DNA of 64,000 nucleotides, taken from the NCBI GenBank assembly GCA_002269645.1, contig NIVC01002757.1, positions 62,001 to 126,000 on the forward strand, given 5' to 3'. Numbering within the stretch: the stretch's first letter is position 1; every line of letters starts with the position of its first letter. Of this stretch, positions 33,042-43,006 are shown piece by piece. The notes below the pieces were generated by a model. That model did not search any database and was not told the origin of the DNA. It saw only the letters and a program-made list of their open reading frames with translations. Source of the stretch: Macrostomum lignano (lineage: Eukaryota). The position numbers and the translations under genes were made by a program.

Positions 33042-36000
33042 ATGAGTCATACACCCGCAGCCTCTCGCAATTCTAATTTCAAAACCCTCCATTTTTCAGG
33101 CTTTATTGCGCGTCTTGGCGGGGCAAAGGCCCTGCCAAAATTTAAGGCAAAAGGGGTCGAATACGAGATAGTATTCACAAATTTGAGCGATATTCGCTCA
33201 ACATTTGAGAAAATAATAGCAACCCTCTGCGCCGACCTGAATGCAGATGACTTCGTCGCATCTAAGCTGACGGCGGACAATATGATGCTCGCCATCAATG
33301 TCCCGCCCGTCCGCCGCAGCCGCTTCACTGCAGAGCTTGTCTTCAAGCATATCAACAAGGTGCTGCAGTCGGACTCCAGCGTCTTGGGCAACAACTTTAA
33401 ATTGTTTTTGCTCAAGGCCTGGGTCCCGCGGGGCGGCTGCGGCAGCTTAGATGCGGCGGAGCGCCACATTCAGGCCAGGCATGCTATGGGCTATAATTAT
33501 GTCATCATCGCCAACAGCGACAAGCGCTGTCTAATTCGAGCGCTGCTTGTCGCCAAGGCCTTTGCCGACCTGCAGGCCAAAGTCATCACGAGAACTACGT
33601 GGCAAACAATCAAGGCCGACTCCCCAATGCAGAAGAAGATTACTGGAGAATTACAAATTACCGCCAAATTGTATTCGGTGAGTAAAAATGTTCTTGCGCA
33701 TTTTAATTTGCATTTTTATTAATATACAAATGTTTTAGTCTTTATCAACCATCACACAGGCCGGGCCTTTCGGGGTTGACGTGCTCCCCCAACTGCTCGC
33801 CGCCATGAACGCTCAGTCGCCCGGCCGAGATTTCGGCGTCCGGGTGTACAGTGCCGAGGAGGGCAATACGTGCGTGTACGCCCTACCCGGCCGCGAAGTG
33901 CTGAATCTGCACCTAATTGGCGAACACTTTAACGCGGTGTGCAAGGTGCCGCCATTTTTCGGAGCCCGCCGCTATTGTGACCGCTGCCAGCAGCCGTATG
34001 ATTGCAACTCTGGAGAGCACAAGTGCGCCAACACCTGCCCTCAATGCAAAGCGCCTGGCTCCAATTGCAAGAGCCTGCGGTGTGACTATAAGCGCTGCGC
34101 TGATTGTGGCCTCAAGTGCTACAATCAGCAGTGCTTCGACAACCACCTTCGCAAGAACCGGGCTGGCCGGTCGCGCTGCAGCTCAACCCGTGTCTGCCCC
34201 AATTGCGGGTATTGCGAAGACCTGAAAGCCGGTCAAAAGGAGCCAGAGCACAAGTGCGGCCACATCAAATGCCCACTGTGTAAACAGTATGATGAGGCCG
34301 GCTCGCATTTGTGCTTCGTCAAGGCTCCTAAAGTGAAAGCATCGACTATGCCGTACGTGTTCTACGATACGGAAACATACACGGACGAGGAGAAGCAGCA
34401 TCACGTGCATCTGGTGACTGCCGTCACGTGCTGCGAGACCTGCTCCGGCCGGGCGTTTCCGCGCGAGACTTGCCGCCTCTGCAATGGCCTGCATAGCGCC
34501 GCCAATTGTCTGACTGGCCGCGATCTGGGGGAGGAATTCTCCAATTGCGTCAGCCACTCAGACTGCGCCTGCCAAATGGCCGATTTTGTGGCTGTGGGCC
34601 CGGCCTCGCTGAATGCTTTTTTCACCTGGCTGAGCACCACATTCCGCGGCGGCGTCATTGTTGTCGCGCATAATGCATCAGGCTATGATGCGTTTCTACT
34701 GCTTGGCGCTCTGCTCAACGGCCTGGCCAAGAAGCGGCCCCAAGTACTGTTCCAGGGCAGCCGGCTAATGAGCATGACGGTTGACAAATTGGTATTCAAA
34801 GATTCGTTAAATTTTATACCAATCCCGCTTGCGCAATTCCCCAAAGCGCTGGGGCTCGCTGACACAAAGCTGGCCAAGGGGACGTTTCCCCACGAGTTCA
34901 ACAAGCCGGCTAATTGGAACTACGTGGGCCCCTACCCGGCTATTGAATATTATGGCGGCAAAGCAAACAAGGACTATGACTCAATCTGTGCTTGGCTAGC
35001 CTCGCGACAGGGCGAGTTGTTCAACTTTAATCGGGAGTATCTCGATTATTGTTTGAGCGACACAGTCCTGCTTCGCGAGGGCTGCATCAAGTACAGGGCA
35101 ATAATTGGTGAAATTTGTGACGGCCTGGAACCATTTGTACAGGCCAATACGATTGCCAGTTTGGCAATGGCCGTTTTCACCACCCGATTTATGGAGCCCA
35201 ACTCGCTCGGCGTGATTGCCCGGCAGGCCGACCAGCAGTCATTCAAGGCGCGCAAGTGGCTGGCCTATTTGAATGCCACCGAATTTGGCGGGCGGCTGCG
35301 AACCTGCGACTCTACTGGCGGCGAGGCTGTCATTCTCGGCCGCAAGGTGGACGGCTTCGATGAGGCGAGCAACACTGTCTTGCAGTTTCATGGCTGTTTC
35401 TACCATGGCTGCGAGCAGTGCATGCCTGATCAGGATGCTGTCCACCCGCTCAAACGGCAGCCTCTGAGCCATATCCGCCACGAGACTGAGTGGTTCACTC
35501 GCGAGTTGGAGCGGCAAAACTACAGTGTTCGTACAATTTGGGAGCACGAATACGACACTGTATTGGCATCGCAGGCTGATTTCATTGCCGCAACTGCACA
35601 TCTGCGCGCTCCACTCAAGATGGAAGATGCTCTCTACGGCGGCCGCGTAGAATGTTTTATCCCGCATGCTGTGGCCAGCGAGACTGAGACTCTCAAATAT
35701 CGGGATGTGGTGAGTAGTGATACTACTAATATAGTAGAATATTTTGCAAAAATACAGTTTATGAAAATAATGTTTTATTTCAACTTGCAGGTCTCTCTGT
35801 ACCCGACGGTGCAGTCGAAAGACCCGTACCCGATTGGCCACCCGGTGCAACATCCGACGCCGCAAGTGCTAGATTCTGACGCGCTGGCTAGTTACTTTGG
35901 TATTGCCAAAGTGACTGTGTTGCCGCCGTCAAATTTGCACATTCCGCTGCTGCCCTACAGGGTGCAAAAGAAGCTCTTTTTTGGGCTTTGCCGCACCTGT

Positions 36001-37169
36001 ATGGAGCAGCAGTGCGGCGACGATTGTGACCACTCAGACGAGCAGCGGGCACTGACTGGTACCTGGGCAACGCCGGAGCTGCAAAAGGCCTTCCAGTTGG
36101 GCTACCGGCTGCAGGTGGTGCACGCGCTAGCCTACTGGACAGAGAAGCGGACCGGTCTGTTCAGTGACTATGTCAGCACCTTCCTCAAATTGAAGGCTGA
36201 GTCGAGCGGCTCCCCCGGCATGTCGGATGAAGACAAGGCCGCCTATATTGCCGATTTCTTTGCAAAGGAGGGCGTCACGCTGGACAAGGTCGAGCCCAAC
36301 CCCGGACTTCGCTTTGTAGCGAAAATCTTTTTGAATTCGTAAGTAATTATAAATTCTGTTTTTTAAACGATTTTCTTCTACTAATAGTAGCACTTCTTTT
36401 CACAACACACAGGCTCTGGGGCAAATTTTGTCAGCGTGACGACCTGACATCGACAGAAATAGTATCCAGCTACGAGGACTGGCTCGCCTGGCTGACCGAC
36501 CCCAACCTCAAAGTCAAGGCCTGCGAACCGATTGGCAGCGAGTTTATGCTGCTAGAGTACCGGCACCGCTACTTTAATCAGCGGCCCTTCCGGTACTCCA
36601 ATGTGCCAATCGGTGTCTTTACGACCACGCAGGCCCGGCTGCGCCTGTACGAGGCATTGGAGGGGCTCGGCGAACGGGCCATTTACTGCGACACTGACTC
36701 GTAAGTAATGCATTGATAAATTATTTTAGAATTGAATAGTTGGCATGTGGAACTAATTATCTCTCTCCCCACACCCAGGGTCGTTTACCGGCATTCCGAG
36801 GGCCAATGGGAGCCGCCCCATGGCACGAGCCTCGGAATGTGGACCGACGAGGTGCCCGCAGGCAGCCGGATGACCGACTTTGTAAGTGGAGGGCCCAAGC
36901 TCTACACTTACATTGTCGAGGATGCGGCCGGAGTCCAGAGCCAAGTCCTGAAATGCAAGGGCATCCGCCTGACTCCGGAGATTCGGGAACGCAGCGACGA
37001 ATTGCGCAGTGCCCTACTACACGGCGGCTCCCTGAAACTGCCGCAGTTTCAGTTCAGGCGCGACAAGGCGTCTTGCACCATACACACTGTTAGTATGGAC
37101 AAGACGTTTCAGCGCGTCCTGACGAAACGCGTGTACGGGACCTGCAGCAGGCCTTATGGCTATAAATAA
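33042..37169 (+). CDS. polB: Protein-primed family B DNA polymerase (pPolB), intron-containing, about 1270-1295 aa depending on first exon
   Basis: Exons (33042 or 33100)-33677, 33760-35709, 35791-36338, 36413-36700, 36779-37169; introns of 82, 81, 74 and 78 nt, all GTRAGT..CAG. Spliced product has ExoI YVFYDTET, ExoII AHNASGYD, ExoIII YCLSDT, LYGGRVE, YRDVVSLYP, KIFLNSLWGKF, YCDTDSV, LGMWTDE, SGGPKLY, KCKGI. No stops or frameshifts. Confidence 0.95.
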
Positions 37170-37659
37170 TGTATTCTAGTTGTGACTGACAATTCAATGT
37201 ACATTTTGCAATATTAAATTAGTAAAATCTATTTATTGTACATAATTTGCATTGTAATACTGCTGTATTTATCAGAATCTATTTGCTGTATATATATAAT
37301 TCATGTACATAGAGCATTTTTGTATTGTGTGTGGCGAAATTGCCAATGTAAAAATCTATTGTACATATTTTACATGTCAAACCTGTTTAAAATCATTTAT
37401 GAAGAGAAAATTATTGAAAAAACAATGTAAAATTTTCTGTATATTCTATTTGCTGGTGATGGTGTACATGTCTCGATTCCTGTAATATGCTACTGATTAA
37501 ATGTAAATATATCTTCATTGTAAATACTTATACATGATGTACGCTACACTGTTAGTTGACTCATTTGGTAGTAGATGAGATTAGTAATTCTCGCCTCTGC
37601 GTACATGTAGTATTGTACATGTAATTTTGGTGCGCGCTCAGACCGTCTGGGGATGACAC

Positions 37660-38018
37660 TGTACATGTAGAGTGTAGATTAATGCACATACTGTGTACAT
37701 ATAGAATTGGGGATAGACATGGACATTTGAGATATGGATTAATGTACATGGAATTAATGTACATATCCAATTTGAGATATTTAGGGATTAATGTACATGG
37801 AATTAATGTACATATCCATTTTGAGATAGATAGGGATTATTGAACATGGAATTAATGTACATATATGAGCACATGGATTATTACGACTACATATTGCCAC
37901 ATCACGCTTAGGATAGCGTTTTTGTATACTACTTACTTCATTTTTCAGATAGTAGTATAATTTGCGTTTTTTGCGTCAAAACATCTGAAAACCCTGCAGT
38001 TTCTGCGTGCTACGTAGT
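37660..38018 (-). repeat. Right terminal inverted repeat (core 37901-38018)
   Basis: Reverse complement of the left TIR; ends GCTACGTAGT. Confidence 0.9.
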
Positions 38019-38024
38019 TATGTG

Positions 38025-38295
38025 CACTCTGGCGCACTTTAAGCGACATTGTCTCACAACCGGCGAGAGGCATTACTGCCCATTCCACCGACTGCCCTTG
38101 AGCAGTCATACGCACAGGCACACACTCACACAGGAGTTTACAGCGGCCCTGACTTTATTTATCGTTAGCTAGCCATGTACACTTTACTGTGCCTTGGGGT
38201 TGACCCCCAAGGGCGTCAATTTGCACGAGCAGAGCCAAGCCGAAATTCCAATTTAGGCCCAAATTAATGCGACTGCCACTTGGGATCGAGCCCGA
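38025..38295 (+). repeat. Dispersed ~270-bp repeat family copy abutting the right TSD
   Basis: Homologous to 24545-24825, 42703-42915 and 11410-11595; internal hairpin CCTTGGGG-TTGAC-CCCCAAGG. Confidence 0.85.
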
Positions 38296-38343
38296 TGTTA
38301 TACTTTCGGATATCCGTATCTTGTGTTATCCGCCCAGATAGTA

Positions 38344-38526
38344 CAAGTGCTTTCTGATCTCCCCCTGGACATTGCAAGTGCTTTCTGATCTCCCCCTGGA
38401 CATTGCAAGTGCTTTCTGATCTCCCCCTGGACATTGCAAGTGCTTTCTGATCTCCCCCTGGACATTGCAAGTGCTTTCTGATCTCCACCTGGACATTGCA
38501 AGTGCTTTCTGATCTCCATCTGGACA
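38344..38526. repeat. 31-bp tandem repeat, 6 copies
   Basis: CAAGTGCTTTCTGATCTCCCCCTGGACATTG starting at 38344, 38375, 38406, 38437, 38468, 38499. Confidence 0.95.
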
Positions 38527-38899
38527 CCCGGATGTTTCAAGCGTCTTAAAGTATCCGGTCCGGGTAGCTCAAGCTGCTTTACGTTCTCCGGGGTGCTTGC
38601 AGTCTCCCCGGAAGTCACAAGCTAAGTTGAAACATCCTGCCGAAAACCAAGGTTTGTTTTGAGATATGCGGATTGTGATGTCCGGGTCAAAGAACGATAA
38701 TGTACTAAAACGATTAGTCTTGGAACAAAAAGACTAAGTGAAAGTGCTTCAAGGATGTGAAATTACTGAGTTAGGAAATTTTTTTAAATGTTTCTATAGA
38801 CCCCATGCCTCTATCAAAGTTTAGGTTAAAAATCGATCCCCACATGAAGAATCTCGCCACCCTAAAACCCCCATTCCCCATGTCCCGGTGGGTGGCTTT

Positions 38900-39260
38900 A
38901 AGTAAGTTTTCGCTGTAAAATCGCACAGTAAAGAGGCCAGTGGTGCTCTTCATTCCCATTTAACATGACTCGACGTGCAGTGTTTTGAACTTTTCCCTGA
39001 CTTCAACCTCCGTAAAAAGCACACGCCGCTGATGTTCTGGGCACCTTTTCTTGCAGCAGCTCCAGTTTCTCACTTTTTAGAACAATTGACCGTCTTGGAA
39101 GAAAAGCCTTTATACTTTCTCTGGAATTTTGCGCTTCAAATTGTCCCTCACTTTTGCCGGCAAGTCTCCGGGAATTTTGACGTACTCGTTCAATACGAGC
39201 CCGTAAAGAACACTTGGTTTAGACTTGCCACGTCTGTCTCCAATTGAAACTGCAAGTACC
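38900..39260 (-). pseudogene. Decayed N-terminal fragment of a Gypsy/Ginger-type integrase (zinc-binding region)
   Basis: One frame with three TAA stops: ..KVRDNLKRK..LFFQDGQLF*..RRVLFTEVEVREKFKTLHVESC*MGMKSTTGLFTVRFY, resembling the H-x-H-G-x3-T-x6-RFY pattern. Motif recognition only. Confidence 0.4.
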
Positions 39261-40556
39261 TCAGTCACGCTTTGCAGCCTTCTAAATTCTTAATTTAACA
39301 GCTTTTAAAATACAGAGCATCAGTGAGAATGAATTGTATACATTGCGCAATTACACCGACAACTCATCTAGAGCTGTGTGGGCCGTGTGAGTCCCTGCAC
39401 ATGCAACCAGTAATTCTTTGGCAGAGTTGTAGCCTCGTGTCTGTACACCGCTCATGTACATTTTTACCCCACAGAGATCTCAAATCAAGGAAAACGCAAG
39501 GCACGACTGTTATGATATGCCTTGCGTTGTTCGGGACTAGAGATCGCAAAGCAAAGTCACATTTGTCTTGCGATCTCCGGCCGCTGGCACACCAGAGCGC
39601 CGCGCTGGACCACTAGTCTACGACACCCCACTACGTCACGCCTAAATGTGTGTTTCTTATCCTTTTTAAGTCTCAAATTGAAGATACCAACAATGAAAAA
39701 AGCGATTTCAAACAAACTACAATATTTGCACATATTATCATCTGATACTATAAATCGTGCCTTTCCTTTTCGCTTCTTAAAATCAAATTGATAATATGTT
39801 AGATTGAATTCTCTGTATCGCAACTTGCTACTGTAAGTAGCGGAGCAATTGCGCATTGGCGCCCTGTCTTGCAGCTGGCAGCAGAACTCAGCATGTTTCA
39901 GAAACGTTCAATAGAAGGAAGAATTGACACAGATAGAGAAGCAGTCTGTACAGCTCTACCTAACGTGAGCATCTGCTGCAGGTGGACCTGCAGGTGAGGC
40001 GATATTCCTGCATATAAAACGGTCGCATGCGGGGAAGGAAAATAGAGCGAGCTGGGCAGAGAGTGTGGAGAGAGACGAAGCAAATTAAGAGCCAAGATGA
40101 AAAAGAAGCAGCAGCGTTTTTTTTAAAATGCAGCCAGCAAGAAACTCACTCGCGTTGTCATGGAGACGCCGCGTTCGATCAATGCATTGCTGGGGGGGGG
40201 GCGGGCAGGTGAAGCCTTACTTGCCAAGCCTAGAGCGTACTCTCTTCCTTCACCTGCCCGCGATTCCTACCAATCCTCTCTTCCCTTCACTCTGGATGCT
40301 CTCTAGCCAGGGTTGCCATGGCTTGGTAAGGTCTGCGCACAGCACAGCCCCCTGGTGCTCATCATTCATTAGCTCCATACGAATACAGTGCGACGCTACC
40401 TTTCATAGTGAAAGCAGAAAAGAATAATAGACATAGTGGCATTGAATTCTTCGGCACAATTTTGCTGCACATTTTTCTGCGCACAACGGCCGACCTCCCC
40501 TCCTTAGCTTCTCTTGCCCAGCACTGTGCAAAGTGTCCACGAATTAAAAATAAAAA

Positions 40557-42194
40557 ATGACTGACGACCAGCGGGTGTTCGGAGACGGCAGCGCTACAAG
40601 CCGAAGCAGAGTGTGCACATTTCACTATCTGGTGGGTAGCTCACAGCAGAAGCAGCCGCAACAATTGGAAAGTCAGCAGCAGCAGCAACAACAGCCGCAG
40701 CAGCAGCATTCTGACGCGCTAAGGATGCCTTCCAACCGAGACATGCCCTCTTTCGAGGAGTGGAAACGCCGTCGAGCCAATCGTCCGTTCGGTCAAGAAG
40801 TTGTGCTGCTTGAGCTCGATCCCAAGGAGGAGCTGGCCAGAAAAAAGCAACGAGACCAGCGCTTGATGTCGCTGATGCAACCGGAGGAGCAAGAAAGGTT
40901 CTACACCTACCTGGATCATTACGACCGACTGCAGGCTAAAGTTGAGCGCGACCGTGAAGAACGCGAGCGGGCAAAAGCCGAAGCCGCCAGGGAGGCCTCT
41001 GCAAAGGCGGCGGCGCGGAAAAAGGAGCAGCACAAACTGCACAAGCGTCTAGACAAGGTGGACCTCGCCACCGACTCGCAGTTCGTCGCCGACGTAGCCA
41101 AATCAAAGTACTACCGGCTGGTGCAGCGCGAGCAGAAACAGCAGTTTAGATCGCGCGACGATCACGACCAATTCTGGTTGGGCGAGCTTCAAACCAAAGG
41201 ACTGCTGCGGCCTACGGAGACGTCGGCGCTTGGACGACGGCAGCGCAGACACATGACTGGTGCCGCCGGTGCCGGTTCGGGTGCACACTCTGCAGCTGGA
41301 GATGATCTGCTACAAGCGGACGATCAAGAGTTGCATCCCACGTTGCACTGGGAAAGAACGGACGATACGCTCCAGCTGGGCGCGAGCCGAAACGCTGCTG
41401 GTGCTCGCAGCGGCGGCGGCTTTCATAGCATGTCGCGCGCTCAGCAGAACCGCATGCTCGAGGAGCTATTCCCACGAGCTGAGCGGCCCAAGCTCAGCAG
41501 CTTTAACGTTGACTTCACCAAGAAAGAGGAAAAATCGGCCGACGAATTGGAACTTGAACGCCTGAAGGAGCGCCGACGCAAGCGGCTGGACGAGTGGCGC
41601 GAGCATCGGCACATGCAGCAGATGGCTGTCACGTTCGGTGTAGCCACTCGACGCATTCTGGACGAGCGACCAGTCCGCGATTCCGCCGATCGGCTCATGG
41701 ACGAGGCCGAGGCGGACCTTGGCCAGCTGTTCGGCGGAGCGCTCGAGAGGGCTCGCCGTCGGGAGCAGCTCGAGTTGGAGTCACGACGAGGGGGCGACGG
41801 CGAGCTTGACCTGACAGATCCCCGCCTACTGCAATCGTGGCGTCGGAATCCGGCCGGAGAGCGACGACGAAAACAGCTGCGCGGCGTCGACGGAAGCTCG
41901 TCAACGTCGACTTTCTCCAGCGCCCAGCGCCCAGGCGAGCGGCCGCTGACAACGCCGGCAACGGAGACCTACAACGACGATGACGACTACGACGAAGCGG
42001 GCTATCACGATCGGCGAAGGACTCAACGACCGATGCTTTCGTTGGCTGACGCGCACAAAGAGCTGCCGCACATCGAGGTCAAAGGTCAGAGCACCCTGTG
42101 GAACAATTACATGGGCGCCGGCAATGTTCGCTTTGCTCCGCTCGATGATGACGCCTGGTATCGAGAGGCGACAACAGCTGCGGTCACCAGCTAG
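40557..42194 (+). CDS. Hypothetical protein, 545 aa, single exon, polyQ and charged coiled-coil
   Basis: Long GC-rich ORF with natural composition, E/R/K-rich helical segments, AT-rich flanks; no recognisable domain. Confidence 0.75.
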   Translation: MTDDQRVFGDGSATSRSRVCTFHYLVGSSQQKQPQQLESQQQQQQQPQQQHSDALRMPSNRDMPSFEEWKRRRANRPFGQEVVLLELDPKEELARKKQRDQRLMSLMQPEEQERFYTYLDHYDRLQAKVERDREERERAKAEAAREASAKAAARKKEQHKLHKRLDKVDLATDSQFVADVAKSKYYRLVQREQKQQFRSRDDHDQFWLGELQTKGLLRPTETSALGRRQRRHMTGAAGAGSGAHSAAGDDLLQADDQELHPTLHWERTDDTLQLGASRNAAGARSGGGFHSMSRAQQNRMLEELFPRAERPKLSSFNVDFTKKEEKSADELELERLKERRRKRLDEWREHRHMQQMAVTFGVATRRILDERPVRDSADRLMDEAEADLGQLFGGALERARRREQLELESRRGGDGELDLTDPRLLQSWRRNPAGERRRKQLRGVDGSSSTSTFSSAQRPGERPLTTPATETYNDDDDYDEAGYHDRRRTQRPMLSLADAHKELPHIEVKGQSTLWNNYMGAGNVRFAPLDDDAWYREATTAAVTS

Positions 42195-42702
42195 ACCTTT
42201 TATACTGCAGCATTCCGAATTCTGAGTCTTTGCTTGTGAATTGCCGGTTTCGTTATGCTATGATCGTTTCTAATATTTTTCTACTTTACAGCTGATTGCA
42301 ACATGACGATATTGTTCAGAACTGTAACGCTTATTTATCTTTTATGTAAATTAAATTTCGGAAAATTATATTAACTTACATAACTAAGTTTTGTGTTTAT
42401 GAGTATTTATATCGGCTTAAGATTATGGATTTAACAAAATAATTAATGTTGCTCTTTTCAATAAAAAAGAAAAAGAAGAGCAAATTTGTAGCAAATCAAA
42501 AATTTATTTTTTTTATTTTTATAACAAAATAAATTAGCAATGCTCATAAGTTTCCAGCGATTCTTGGTGGAAATTTTGACAAAACAGGGCTCAGTGTGTG
42601 ATACGCGAAGAACGCGCAGTGCTAAATTATAACAAACAAATGATTTTTTTGATCCAAGGCATAAGCGTCTAGCGAACATCAAAACAGGTACATCACGTAT
42701 AG

Positions 42703-42915
42703 CTCGATTCCAAGTGCAGTCGCGTTAATTTGGGGCACAATTGGAATCTCGTGCAATTAATGGTCTTGAGGACCAACCCCCAAGGCGCAGTGAAGTGTAC
42801 ATGCCTAACGATAAATTAAGTCCGGGCCTCTGTACATTCCTGTGTGAGTGTGTGCCTGTGCGTATGTCTGCTCAGGGGGAGTCGGCGGGATGGGCAGTAA
42901 TGCCTCTCGACGCGC
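42703..42915 (-). repeat. Dispersed ~270-bp repeat family copy
   Basis: Begins GCTCGATTCCAAGTGCAGTC as at 24548; shares the hairpin and GT-rich core. Confidence 0.85.
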
Positions 42916-43006
42916 GGTTTTATAACAATGCTTGACAGCTTGACAATGAGCTTTATTAAGAAAATAGAGTGCTAATTCGAATTCGAATTTACATGATAAA
43001 GAGGGC

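Larger units (their letters stand above)
28321..38018 (+). mobile_element. Polinton/Maverick-like element, 9698 bp, with TIRs and 6-bp TSD
   Basis: TATGTG directly precedes (28315-28320) and follows (38019-38024) the element; ends are inverted repeats beginning ACTACGTAGCACGCAGAAACTGCAGGG; contains a protein-primed PolB gene. Confidence 0.9.

Noticed and set aside
35710-35790. Reading the 853-aa ORF 33781-36342 as the complete, unspliced polymerase
   Set aside because: It carries 27 AT-rich codons inside motif A and stops before motif C; GT-AG splicing restores all motifs.
38900-39260. Gypsy/Ginger-like integrase fragment as part of the Polinton-like element
   Set aside because: It lies outside the right TIR and TSD and has three stops.
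39540-39630. tRNA gene on the minus strand (His-like 5' half followed by a GAGATCGCAA/TTGCGATCTC hairpin)
   Set aside because: No proper T-arm or acceptor stem; at most a tRNA-derived SINE head.
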